Made by a program: the position numbers and the translations under genes
Part shown: in pieces, positions 42,126-54,930 of the stretch
How positions within the stretch are numbered: the stretch's first letter is position 1
Layout of the letters: each line of letters opens with the position of its first letter
Notes under the pieces: model-generated
What the model saw: the letters and a program-made list of their open reading frames with translations, nothing else
Database searches by the model: none
What the model was told of the DNA's origin: nothing
Origin: Macrostomum hystrix
Taxonomy: Eukaryota > Animalia > Platyhelminthes
Length of the DNA stretch: 64,000 nt
Direction of reading: 5' to 3'
Assembly: GCA_950097015.1 (NCBI GenBank)
Contig: CATNEN010000024.1
Location: 4,402,001 to 4,466,000, forward strand

Positions 42126-43285
42126 CTGTTATTTAGTGTCTGTAGAACATTGGATCAATTAAGTTAATCTTAAAAGTGTTTTCCATGGTATAGTGTGAAA
42201 GGTCTGATACTAACTTTTCAGTTTGAATTTTTCGTTTTACATGTTCGTAAATCTATAGGTTAATAACGAAATGGCCGTGTAGATTAAAATGCTCACGTTG
42301 AGCAGCTCTTCTCAGGAAAAACGTTCGCTACAAGCTGTTCAGTAGACTATATTTGGCAGCCATACTTGGGAAAGACCTAACGATGGAGAGTGCCAGAAAA
42401 ACAACTGTCGATTTTCCCCACATTGCGAGGAAGCTGAGAGGAGCTACAGCAGAGACCATTCAAAATAGTCCCGCGTCATTAGGGAGAATCGCGCGCGTGA
42501 GAATCCGCTTGAGTAGAGTGGCGTCCACCTCCCCCCACCCACTTAAGCTGCAGCCCAGGCGGACTCAATATCAGTTGACCTGAGTGGACAACCTGCTGCT
42601 GCTGAGAGAAGATTCCGCCGTGACGGAATACGGTCGTACTCGTTGATAGCAGATTTTTCAATGATAATAAAAATTTCATGCCAGCGCCAAGGTTAGAGGC
42701 GAGGACAATTCGCAGACAATTTTTCGACATGCCAACGTGGCGCTGATTAATTTGAAAGCTATATTTCGATTGTCGGCGCTAGACTCGCCCGACCACCCCA
42801 ACTCCGCTGACAGGAGTGAAGAGGCATCCATTGGTAGGTAATTCATGGATTTTTATTGCCAGCACACTAACAACAGCAATCTATGAACAGGTGCTTTGTC
42901 ATTTTTCAATTAATCAGAAATGTCTCATTCTCGGGTGTATTATAGAGGCAGAGCTGCACTCGGCTGCCAGTGAAATCAGTAGACGTTGCTAATGTAGCTA
43001 CTAATGCGCGCACAGTTGCTCCTAGGTTGAGCCGTGCATAATCCCATGGGCAGCAACCACGCCTTCGTCCCACGGGTGTAGCCACCGGCGACTGTCATTG
43101 GTTGCTAACCAAAAAACACGGTAGAGGTGAGAAGTCGCGCCCAACAGGTATAAAATGAGGGAAGAGTCGAACAGGTAAAAAGCGCCACTGTTTAAGAATC
43201 GCGTCATCACACCGAGTGATACTAAGCAAAATATCAGAGCACACTTTAATCCAGCCTTAGTGAATTTTCTGACACATACCGCATC

Positions 43286-44016
43286 ATGCCTGCTGGAGCT
43301 GCGATCCGGGTCCTATTGCGCTGGCTGTTGTTAGCAGTAACTTCGGCACTCCTTCTGCAATCTATGTGCCAGTGCGAGGTTGGCAAACTACTGCTGTTTT
43401 TTGCTAATTTTTTAATTTGTTGTTGCCTATCAATAATTGTACCTGGTCCCACTAAACCATCGCAGACTCTATCGGACGAGCTGGAGGCTGATAGAGGTGA
43501 GTGGAGCATTTAATTGCTAGTCAGTCGGACATAACGGCAAACATTTGGTTGAGCAGGTGTACGAGAGTTACAACGAGACGATTGTCGGATAATTGTGCAA
43601 CTGAATGCAACTTTAAGCTTTGAAGAAAGCCAAGCCTTTAAACTTGATTAACCAAGGGGCACAGAGCTGTTGCTATTTTTAGAAAGGGAACTAGGGAACC
43701 CCTAATTTAAGCATCCCTTAATCGAAGCACGTGACATGCGCTAGCCAATAAAATTAATGCCCAGTTTGATAGCGAATACTTCAGCTAGTATGACAGGGAA
43801 GAGTTCCGTATACGGGCAATTGTTTCAGAAAGTGAACATTTCCCTCCTCCAGCAGCAGGTTTAAATGCCCGACTCTGGCAAAGTCTGCTCCTCAGGGAGG
43901 CGGCCCTGTCGCAGCCGCAGAAGCGCGACTCGTTTGGCAAATGCCTGCTGGACTGCTACAAGCGGAAGGAGATCAGCTTCCAGCACTGCAAGCTGCGCTG
44001 CAACTCGGTCTTCTGA
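43286..44016 (+). CDS. Secreted Cys-rich neuropeptide-like precursor, 93 aa, 3 exons
   Basis: Exons 43286-43378, 43466-43496 and 43859-44016 in phase; signal peptide, acidic propeptide, KR, then DSFGKCLLDCYKRKEISFQHCKLRCNSVF*. Confidence 0.75.
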
Positions 44017-44784
44017 CCGTCTGCGAGGCAGTGCTACTGTCATCAGTGCGGCTGGGCGGGACATGCACGCTGACTAATGAGCTGCAAAATGATTCGACTA
44101 CAGACAATGCAAACTACACCATTGAAAATACTGTGACATGAAGCCTTGCGAGGCCTGCAGTCCTCACAGGCTATATAAACGATGAAGCTGGGCTTGCAGT
44201 AAACGGATCTGTACTCTAAACCAAAACAATACCGCACGGAATTCTAATGTACCCATTAGATGTGCTTAGCACATCGGCAGTTCCATTTATGGCCATCCGT
44301 AAGCCTATAATGAGCGTAGCGAAATCGATGCAGATATAAAAATGAGTCAATAGCTAATTGAAAGTATGCATCTCAACAGTTTCTACTATAACGCTTAGAT
44401 CTATTGGCAAAAACAGCGTTAAAAGGTTTTGATGCAGCTCACAAAGCCATTATAGATTAAAAAGTGAATCAGAAGACTGGCAGGAGAAGACTTTCAGCAT
44501 TGCCTGCCGTGGCACCTTAGATGGCGAATGCTTAGTTTGTGGACTGTCGTCTGCATTACATTAAGGTCATTCTCAGTTTGGTTGACAATGACGACAACAT
44601 CGTGGTCAGGGGGGACAGAAAAAGTGCAGTTTTACTCCATAACAGCTAATTTCAACGAGTAAAGGATAGTAGTTTTACAGCGAAAGACTGGACTAGATTA
44701 TAGACTATGGATTAGACTACGAAATCTGCAGGTAGACAAGACATTTGATTGTAAGACAAGGCAATCTCATTTTGAGACAAGTCC

Positions 44785-45390
44785 ATCAGCTATTAGACAA
44801 GACCGTCAGCTGTTAGACAAGACCGTCAGCTGTTAGACAAGACCATCAGCTGTTAGACAAGACCGTCAGCTGTTAGACCAGACCGTCAGCTATTAGACAA
44901 GACCGTCAGCTGTTAGACAAGACCGTCAGCTGTTAGACCAGACCGTCAGCTGTTAGACAAGACCGTCAGCTGTTAGACAAGACCGTCAGCTATTAGACCA
45001 GACCGTCAGCTATTAGACCAGACCGTCAGCTGTTAGACAAGACCATCAGTTGTTAGACAAGACCGTCAGCTATTAGACAAGACCGTCAGCTGTTAGACAA
45101 GACCGTCAGCTATTAGACAAGACCGTCAGCTGTTAGACAAGACCGTCAGCTGTTAGACAAGACCGTCAGCTGTTAGACAAGACCGTCAGCTGTTAGACAA
45201 GACCGTCAGCTGTTAGACAAGACCGTCAGCTATTAGACAAGACCGTCAGCTGTTAGACAAGTCCGTCAGCTGTTAGACAAGACCGTCAGCTGTTAGACAA
45301 GACCGTCAGCTATGGCTGCTATTAGACAAGACCGTCAGCTGTTAGACAAGACCGTCAGCTGTTAGACAAGACCGTCAGCTGTTAGACAAA
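44785..45390. repeat. Minisatellite, 20-bp unit (AGACAAGACCGTCAGCTGTT)
   Basis: Tandem copies. Confidence 0.95.
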
Positions 45391-46169
45391 ATGAAAAGCC
45401 GGAACTAGACCATCAGACAAGATCACTAGACTAGACTATCTCGAGTAGGACAAGATAATTACCTACGGGACAAGATTATCACCTGTAGGACAGGATGATC
45501 ACATAAGACAAGACTTATTACCTGTCGGAACGGATGTAATTTAAAAAACTGTCCAGCAAAAATGACAACCAGTCAATAGAAGCATTAAATACAATTGACT
45601 ATTATTGTGGATCAACGCACAGGTATATAATATATTTTAAGTAAACAATGATTAATTAGAAATCGTCTTAGCTAAACAGACTAAATAAAAAAAGCGATTT
45701 CACAGAGAGTCCATCAGTGTGTCCAGTCAGTTTTTATAAAAAGCACGTAAAAAATCAATCCAGATAAAGCATAATCGACTACTAGAGATTTGAGTAGTAT
45801 GAAATACTGTAAGTTTACGTTTAGGTAAACAGTAAAACAGCGCAGGTTAAATTAGGCATCAATCACAACTTTGTAATTTGATAGTCTAAGTGAGATACGT
45901 GACAATAAAACAACTATAAAGGAAAAACCTGACCAGATGAATTGTTTTGCATGTTAAATAGCACAGAGTTAACAAATCTATAATACCGTCTTGTAAAAAT
46001 CACATGTAAAACTCATCTTCTACATGTCCATTGAGTGACAAAAAATTGCATAACAATCCAAAATTATAACCCTGTGCGATGCGACAAAAAATAATGCTTC
46101 ACTAATTATAAAAACATAATCGAATACACCTGTCTCGATTGGACCGATTGTGCAGCCGACAGAAAAGAT

Positions 46170-46376
46170 GCAGCAATTGCGCGGCGCATCTGAAGGCTGC
46201 GTACGGCTGTTCAGTCCATGGACTGGGTGGGCACCACATTGACACCTCAAATAGCCCCAGCTGGGTGACTTAAAGAGTTAAGTGTCTTGCTAAGGGATCC
46301 AAATTGTACTAGTAAAGCAGGGAATCGAACCCTCGACCTCCGAGTCGTGCATCAGACGCTGTAACCACTAGGCACA
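46170..46376 (-). mobile_element. tRNA-derived SINE family A copy
   Basis: Minus strand GCCTAGTGGTTACAGCG..GGGTTCGATTCCC; AGCAAGACACTTAACTC core; CAGTCCATGGACTG. Confidence 0.85.
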
Positions 46377-46551
46377 ACTCCCGACACTATTACAAATAAT
46401 ATAATTATGAAACTACTACTACTTTGAAGTTGCGTAGACAATCGTAACAAATCATTATCCTCACTAGCAGAGTTTAGTAACTGGCAGGAATTAGGCAGAA
46501 AGCTACAATCTTAAACTAAATTGAATGAAATCTATTGTTCACAACTTGTCC

Positions 46552-49500
46552 TCATTCTTCAAACGGATTCAGACTGGTTTTCTCTTCTACTTCAAACGGA
46601 TTGCCTGACGCTTTTGGCTTCGCTCTGCGGCGTTCAGCTTCCGCCTCCGCCTCCGCCTCGGCTTCGAATGGGTTCGCGGGCCTCGGCGCCGGTCTATTAA
46701 TGGTCGAGGAAGCAGCGGCATTCGCCCGCCTCCGTTCAGCCTCCTGCCTGGAGTGCAGTTCGGCCAGCAGCTCGGCCAGGTTGGTCTCCAGAGCGCGCAA
46801 CTCGTCGGCTCGCCCGGCCTGCCTGGCCAGCTGAATAAAGTCGCGCAGGTTGGCAATCTGCTCCCGCAGCGGATCGGCGTCGGCATTGTCGGCGCCGGTT
46901 CCGTCGGCGTGATCGCCCGTTGTAGCCGCCGTCGTCGCCGGCCGACGACGCGAAGACGAAGCGGATGCGATGAAGGCACCGGGAGGCGGCGGAGGCGGAG
47001 GCGGCGGAGCTGGCGGCGGAGGCGCGGCGCGGGCCCGCCTAGCTTCGGCTTCGCGTCGCTGACGCTCCGCTCGTTGGGCACGCAGCTCTTTCAGCTGCTC
47101 AGGCGTTGGCAGGCAGGCCACAGTCAGGAGGCCTTCGCGGACGAATGTGACAGCGTAGGTGCGAATTGCGCGCTCGACTCGAGCCTCCTTGGCCAGCTGA
47201 TGCTGCCGCTGCTGCTGCTGGCCAGTGGCTTCATCGGGATCCGGAGTGCTGGGCCTAGCGCTGAGGCCAGCAATGCGCAGACTGATTGAATCAATCTGTT
47301 GCATTAGGACCAAGCGCGAATTCTCAATATCACACTTAATACTCGAATGAACAGAAATAAATAGTACCCCAAGATCTCAATAAAATATTTGCTAGGGTTG
47401 TGCGTACTGACACTTCATTTGGCGACAGTAGAACACGCAGCCAGCGAGGAGGAGGCAATACTGCTCATTCTGCTGACTCCTGAGCACGAACGTAGGAAAA
47501 AACGACCCGGCTTTCTCATGGTTAAGCAGTGTACATTCTCACTGTGCCAAGCCTTCTCGCTACTGCTAGTTCCCAAATGAATGCGGCCTAGGCTCACCTG
47601 ATCAAGCAGCTGCCTGATCTGCAGCCTCAGCTCGCTAACATGAGCCAGATTGTAGGAATCCTCGCCGCGCTTCAGCGAAGCCGCCATCGGCTCGTACTCG
47701 GCCAGCTGCTCGCTAGCCTTCGTCATGCCAGCCCGCAGCTGCCTGTAGAGTTCGCTGATTGGCGAGACGGCGGCTCGCTGACGCGCCGCGGCTCGGTGGC
47801 GACGAAATTCTAGACAGTCGCGACAGTCGGGACAAACGCGAATTACAAGAGTTTCGCGCGAGGCGCCAGCTCCTGAAAGTGCAAATTAATCTGTATAAAT
47901 AAACATTCTAAGCTTCTAAAATATCTAACAAGTCGCCATGAAAATCCAGAACACGGGCTAAAAATGTCCGCTCTCTCCGATGAAAGAACTTAAAAAAACA
48001 TCGCATCGTCGAGATATTCAACGATTCTCGTCGGGGTGTCTTGTGAAAAAAAATTGTTAATCAAATATCCAAAGATTTTCCATCTGAAATCCCAGAATTT
48101 TCCATCTGAAATCCCAGAATTTTCTATCTGAAATCCCAGAATTTTTTATCTGAAATCCCAGAATTTTCAATCTGAAATCCCAGAATTTTCCATCTGAAAT
48201 CCCAGAATTTTCCATCTGAAATCACAGAGTTTTCCATCTGAAATCACAGAGTTTTCCATCTGAAATCACAGAATTTTCCATCTGAAATCACAGAATTTTC
48301 TATCTGAAATCCCAGAATTTTTTATCTGAAATACCAGAATTTTCCATCTGAAATCCCAGAATTTTCCATCTGAAATCCCAGAATTTTCCATCTGAAATCC
48401 CAGAATTTTCCATCTGAAATCACAGAATTTTCCATCTGAAATCCCCGGATTTTCCATCTGAAATCCCAGTATTTTTTCTGAATATCCGGATTCTTAAAAT
48501 TTGAAATCCTGAATCCAAGGATTTTCGTATTCTGTCAGCTTTTCATTCCCATTGATGGAAAGAATCGGCCACTGGTCTAAACAGCTTACCGCCGGCGCCG
48601 CCCCCACCAGCGGCACTAACAACAGCCGCAGTCAGCACAGAATGAAGCGAAGACTCGGATCCTGAGCGCTGAATGAAGCCTAAGCCGGCAAATTGCGGTT
48701 CCGATGCAGCCGCAGCCTGCTGTCGAGCATCGTCGCCTTCGTCAGCGGGTGGCGCGGTCAGCAGGCGCGCCAGTCGGTAGGGCAGGAATAGACTGCAGGC
48801 GGCGCAGAGGACGGCGCCGCACAGGCGGCAGTGATGACGCCGTCTGGCCAATGGCAGGAAGCGCTGGCCGCAGTGCGGGCACAGAGGGACATCCGCATCC
48901 GGCGCCCAGTAGACAATCGACTGCTCAAAGTCTGCGAAAATGCGGGGCCTTTAAAATTTTGCTAAAAAGAAAATATTTAGCCAAGCAATGCCTGATTTTC
49001 CCATTTTGTCAATATGGGATTGCTAGACCATTCAATAGCGAGCTGTCAATATGGGATTGCTAGACCATTCAATAGAGAGCTGTCAATATGGGATTGCTAG
49101 ACCATTCAATAGCGAGCTGTCAATATGGGATTGCAAGACCATTCAATAGAGAGCTGTCAATATGGGATTGCTAGACCATTCAATAGCGAGCTGTCAATAT
49201 GGGATTGCAAGACCATTCAATAGAGAGCTGTCAATATGGGATTGCTAGACCATTCAATATTGAGCTGTAAATATGGGATTGCTAGACCATTCAATATTGA
49301 GCTGTAAATATGGGATTGCTAGACGATTGAATCGTGAGCTGTAAATATGGGATTGCTAGACCATTCAATAGAGAGCTGTAAATATGGGATTGCTAGACCA
49401 TTGAATAGAGAGCTGTAAATATGGGATTGCTACACCATTCAATAGTGAGCTGTCAATATGGGATTGCTAGATTATTGAATGGCGAGCTTAAACATAGATA

Positions 49501-51481
49501 AGGTGGTTATAAAACCCAGACAAAGCAAGAGAAAATCGCTCACCCTTTCTGAGCTTAGGATCCATTGGTCCCTCGCTAATGAGCTTGTCCAGCCGCAGCA
49601 GCAGCTTATTAGTTTGCGCCTCCTTGCTGTTCATCTTGGCCTGGCGTAACTCTTTAAACTGGCGCGTTAGCATTCGGGTAATGCCCGGCGCTTGAAAGCT
49701 ATTTGGATCCTCATAGTAGGCCAACTTTTGCTGCTTCTGCTGCTGCTGCCCAGTCGAGTTAGATGCAGCGCCATGGCTGGATCTGTTATTGGCCGATCGA
49801 ATACCAGAGGAAGAAGATTGGTTCTGGGATGGCTCCTTTGAGAACAGAGTCCTGGTCTTGCCAAGCAGCGCTGTTGTAAAATATGTAAAATACCTGTTTT
49901 ATAGCATAGTAGGGCCTACTGTTTTAGTTAAGGTTACAGTTTTTTTCTTGCCTCGAGGTCCATTGTCCCTAAGAATTTTTCGCCTCCAACCTTTACTAAA
50001 AAATTAAATATAGACAAACTATAAAATAGCTAGAGCACTGATATTTAAATGTATCATTTTATTGTTTACTGTTTTTAGTTCTCTATGTTATACTTCTTTT
50101 AAATCAAAACTAAAAGATGAAATTAGCTGATTGTACTTTACAACACTAAGGCAGATGATTGATAAATTATTACCTAAATTGTATGGAAATGTATAGCTAG
50201 TCATTAGTTCATAGAAGCTGAATGCTCTGCTCTAAAAGAGTAGAAGTACATACATGCTCATAAAGTAGAACTATGGCTTATTTTAGTATTTCTAAGTCTA
50301 ATGTTTCAAAGCAACAATTATAAAACAACTAGCCATTACATTACCCATCATTTATTATTGATCATAGGCCTTAGCTTTAAATGAGACAGCTTCAGATGTT
50401 AGGCTGATTGTCAATAGAAATTATTTAAAGCTAGGAATAAAAATAATATTAGGCCTAAGCATAAATTCTAAACAAAAATTCAAAAGGAAATGGAAATAAT
50501 ACATACTTATTACAAGAGAAGCAACATGTCAAAGTCTACTGTCTAGCATACTAGCTAGATACTAGCTAAACTTCATGTTTAAAAGTTTAGATAAGATACA
50601 AAATGGTCTTCTGACAAATCAGTTCAAATAGTTTGTAGATATAATTGAGCATGAATCAGTTACAATGCATGGCTATTAATAGGAAGCTAAAACATATGAA
50701 ACCATAGTAGCTGGCTAAGCTAGGTATACAAAAGGGATCCTAGAAACTTCATCATCTTACAACTTCGTCATCCACTTGGAAAGTAGGAGGACACTTTGTC
50801 ATCTAGCCACTTGGCATGCTTTAAAATTTGGTCAGTTCCTCATCTACTAAAAACAAGCATCAAGTTCATCATCAATAAAGTGAGGGTGGGGTGGTGGGGC
50901 AGAGGTATGAACACACTTCAACTCTAAATTGACAAAGAGGTGTCAAAACTGATTTTAGAGGTGTCCAAGTCTCTTCATCATCCACTCTCTAAGATATTGG
51001 ACAGATCATCATCTGGATGACGAAGTTGTAAGATGATGAAATGTCCAGGTACTATACAAAAGCCTCTAAAATAATAGCTAACTATGAATTAGCCTTATTA
51101 TATAGATGGTAAGATTTGCTTAGTTGTTTTTTATAAACAATAAAAATATTGAACAAAGACAAAGTGAAATAAGAAAACAATGTAAAAATAGCTTGCTAGT
51201 ATAATGAATAATTGTAATTATCTATATAAAGAAGATAAGTTAGAACACAATACTAAATAGAAAACATGATGTTGTAAACAATATAAAATACTTAGACTTT
51301 GCACAATTTTAAGCAAAATACGATTACCTTTAATATCCAGTCTCAAATCATGATATGGTCTTTCTGGGGCTTCATCATTATGCTGTGTTTGAAAATGTTC
51401 TAAAAGCTTATCACTACTATAGCAGTCTGTGACACAAATTGGGCAAATGAAACCTTCTTGAAAAGTTTCTGGCTCTATCAT
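46552..51481 (-). CDS. RBSN: Rabenosyn-5 (FYVE Rab5 effector), 613 aa, 5 exons
   Basis: Exons 51481-51328, 49870-49544, 48931-48590, 47872-47598 and 47295-46552 in phase; C2H2 (EGFICPIC..HFQTQH), FYVE (WAPD..CPHC..RRRHHCRLCG..CPDC), Rab-binding DPLREQIANLRDFI..LETNL, three NPF motifs. Confidence 0.95.
48075..48470. repeat. Minisatellite, 22-bp unit (TTTCCATCTGAAATCCCAGAAT), RBSN intron 3
   Basis: Tandem copies. Confidence 0.94.
49010..49487. repeat. Minisatellite, 37-bp unit (ATATGGGATTGCTAGACCATTCAATAGAGAGCTGTCA), RBSN intron 2
   Basis: About 13 tandem copies. Confidence 0.94.
50735..51052. mobile_element. MITE (318 bp) with 10-bp TSD, Mutator-like by TSD length
   Basis: TATACAAAAG direct repeat at 50725-50734 and 51053-51062; perfect 27-bp inverted repeat 50748-50774 / 51014-51040. 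Confidence 0.8.
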
Positions 51482-52224
51482 TATTATGTTTTATGCCTAT
51501 GTCATGGACTGAAACCAGATCAAATTCGAGTACTCAATAAGTATTTACTAATGTGACTTTGAAATTAGCATTTATCCGATTCAGAACCTATGTCCTAAGC
51601 ATTTAAACTTAAAGTTAAACAGCTTTAAACATGAAACTATTTAATACTAATAGGCCTAGTAATAGCAAAATCAAGGAAGTGTATATCCCAGTGCGATTTT
51701 AAAATAAAACAATTTGCTGAATTTAAGCTGCCAAAATTAACTTTTATTGACAAAAATAAACTAAGCGTGTGTTAAATCAGTCAATAACAAAATGCGCCTA
51801 TCCGACAAGACAGATCAACTGACAACTGTAATAATTAAATCACACCGTGTTTGGGCTTTTTATTCAAGCGATGCCATGCCACTAGCCCAGTGCATTCAGC
51901 TAGGCTTAACTATTGGCACTTATTTGCACTTATTTATTTCTTAAGATAAACTTTAGCTCAAAATGGTCTCTGTAAAGTTGGTAACACTTATGCTATACTT
52001 ATTCCATTTCTGTCGTATTTATAAAGCATCTCTATCGTCACATTTTGTCACATTTTCACATTCGCAAAAAATATTTATCTCATCAACTGTAGTGTCTATG
52101 GTTAAAGTCATTTGTTTATCACATTTGCATTCCCAGTGCTAAAATATAGAATTCGTAAATCCCTGAAAAGTGAACTTTGGCTTATACTTCGCCAAAAAGG
52201 TGCTGCATCTACGAGCTATATATA

Positions 52225-53028
52225 ATGCATGGTTGTGTCAATCTGACCCACGCGATCGACAAGGTGGCCAAATGGATGGCTACCTCTGATTCGCAGGTCT
52301 GTCTGTTCGCGGATGACACTTCAGTCTCCATTCTGTCGTCACCGTCGACCAATTCGGCAAACGAGCAGGGCAGGCAGCTGCTAATTGACCGACTGAAAAG
52401 TGACGCAGTCAGTCGCATGAAGTGTATGCTTCGGAGCACGGCAAATCAGGAGAACAATCACAATGAGTCATGTGCTAGGGGCGCCGCGAGGCTGGACGAA
52501 CGCAGCTCTGACAAATCCGACTCATTTAACCGCAATCAGAACAACCGACACGGAGTTGAGTCTGAGCAGAAATACAAGTCTCTATCGGACAGTCGCCACA
52601 GACGAAAGTCGCAACCGGTAAACAGTCACTCGGGCTCCGCACAACGCAAAGACAGTGGCGATGGCAGCGGTGGCTTCAAGGAGGACAAATACCTCGAGCG
52701 CATTGTCGAACGAGCTACTCAGGAAATTCGAAGTGCAATCTACAAACTCAGTGCAGAGAACAAGCTGCCAGAGAAATGTCACTTAAAAATGAAGCTGTCT
52801 ATCAAACCGCAACGATCGGCCAACGAGGAAAGCAGCCAGAAGGAGCAGCAACGACGCCATCGAGGCGGCAGTAGCGAGGATGAGGCACGTCATCGTGTAT
52901 CAAACTCTGGACGTCACAAGACCTCCGAGAAAGACGCCGGAGGCAGAGCGGATCGAGAGAAGCGAGCCACATCAACTTCGAACAAGCGAGATCATCATGA
53001 ACAGAGGAAGGAGAAGCGGAAGTACTGA
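52225..53028 (+). CDS. Hypothetical single-exon low-complexity (S/R/E/K-rich) protein, ~267 aa
   Basis: Long GC-richer open frame in AT-rich surroundings; first ATG at 52225; no recognisable domain. Confidence 0.5.
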   Translation: MHGCVNLTHAIDKVAKWMATSDSQVCLFADDTSVSILSSPSTNSANEQGRQLLIDRLKSDAVSRMKCMLRSTANQENNHNESCARGAARLDERSSDKSDSFNRNQNNRHGVESEQKYKSLSDSRHRRKSQPVNSHSGSAQRKDSGDGSGGFKEDKYLERIVERATQEIRSAIYKLSAENKLPEKCHLKMKLSIKPQRSANEESSQKEQQRRHRGGSSEDEARHRVSNSGRHKTSEKDAGGRADREKRATSTSNKRDHHEQRKEKRKY

Positions 53029-54930
53029 TTGACTGAAATCCTCTGCATTTGCTTTGACGGATGTCGTGACGTGAAAACTACACCGATAAAAACATTCTTT
53101 TGAGTTGATAATGTAGCTTCTAGTTTCATAATAGTTGTAAACAACTGGTCAACACTGCAAGCAGTGCTCAGTCCACTCACAGAAGCGTTAGACAACAACC
53201 AGTTCCTAAGCAGGTGCAAGTCATTATCGAACCTCCCAGTGATCTTTCTGTTACTCGGCTTCTCACGCCATCTTCACTTTTATGTAATTCACAACCTGAC
53301 CTACTTGTATTAGTATTTTTACTAGTTTTTGATACTTTGTGAGCATCGTTCTCCCCACAGTAAGACCACTTGCCTTCCATAGTACTCTGCCGCTACGGCA
53401 GCCAAGGGCCTGGAGCCCTAAATCATTCAGCCAGTGTACAGAAGCGTAAATTTAAGTTTTGCAGTCTAAAATACACAGAACATGCAACATTTTTACTTTC
53501 CTAATGCCAAAGGTGGCAACTGCAGTATCTGCTTTTTCAACTAAACTGTTCTCGTTGCACCTTCTCTCAATTAAATGATACTAAACCGCTCTCTTACCGG
53601 AGCCGGTTAAAGCTCTCTTACTCAAGGCAGATCCAACTACTAACTAAATGATGAACTGCTTGGCTTCTTAAATCTTGCTCGTAACTACTTATTCTAGAGC
53701 AACAACTAAGCATGATGTCCATTAAACCTCACAATAGGGGCTAACAACGAGTGGTTCTTGGTTAGGGCCTCGATGCGAAGTGCATATTGGTGACCAGCTG
53801 GAATACATGTAGCAGATGAACGCAATGCAGGTTCCTTAGTTGAGTCAGGCGGCAGAAGTTCCCATTCAAGATGTGCTCATCGTCGACTCTTGATTGCGGC
53901 TGCTCCCAGGTGACCTGCAGCATCTTGAACTCTGCTGCGATGAATTTACCCAAGTTGTGAAAAGCAATTTAACATCCATTGAGTCTGAATCAACCTGTGG
54001 AGGATACGACTTTCGTAATTCGTAACTCTTTTAATAATATCAGTTGTTACGAAGGAATCTTTAACAAAGTGCAGCATTATGATGGTATTTTTAGTGCTTG
54101 CACTCGTACTTGTACTGTATCAGCTTTTAGTTACTGAGCTCCAGATTCCGTGGAGACAACAAGTCTGTTTCCAACGCTTTTGTCTTTATCTTGAACCGCC
54201 ATGTTCATGAGCACCCGTTCGGCTCCTTCCTCGGCCTCTGCCCAGCACGTTCACCCTCCAGGGACAGTTTCAGGATGGACGCTATCGAATAGGGAAAAGA
54301 AAGAGAATGCTGTCGCTCTTTTGGCGAGCGAAGGCACATTGCCATTAGAACCAGGGGGTTTAGGCTTGGCTGTTTGTATTTTTATTGGAGCGCGGACGTT
54401 AAGGGAAGAGAGAAAAACTGAACGACCAACGAAAGGATTATTTAGAACGAACTTCAGTTGCATAAGCACAGTCCATATTGCGAGTGTTGCTCCTTACCGC
54501 AGCTGCCGTAGCTTTGCGTCCTGTACACCAAGCTTTCGGCGGTGGGTGGTGCAGAAACTACAGCGGCTGGAGGATTTGACTGCGCTGACCTGGGTCTGGT
54601 CTGCACGGGAGAGAAAATAGCGTGAGAGAGTGCGTGCGCTGCCCCTTGTCCTGCCGTCTTTCCTTTCTAAAGCCTCCCCTCCACTCCTCGCCTGGAACCT
54701 TAAGGCTCGCGATATAATGCCAAACACGCGGAAGAAATATAGAATTGGTCTTCTTCCAAACCGGCGGCTCATCTGTTAATGAATATATCTACCTTGACCT
54801 TGACAATAGAATATCGATAACAATAAGAGATTGCGCTGAGCAAATAGGAAAGCAGAGCCGGAGGACGAGACTGTTGGGATAAAATCCTGCACAGTAGTTA
54901 CGGAGAGGACGCGGAGGCTCTCGAGCAGTC

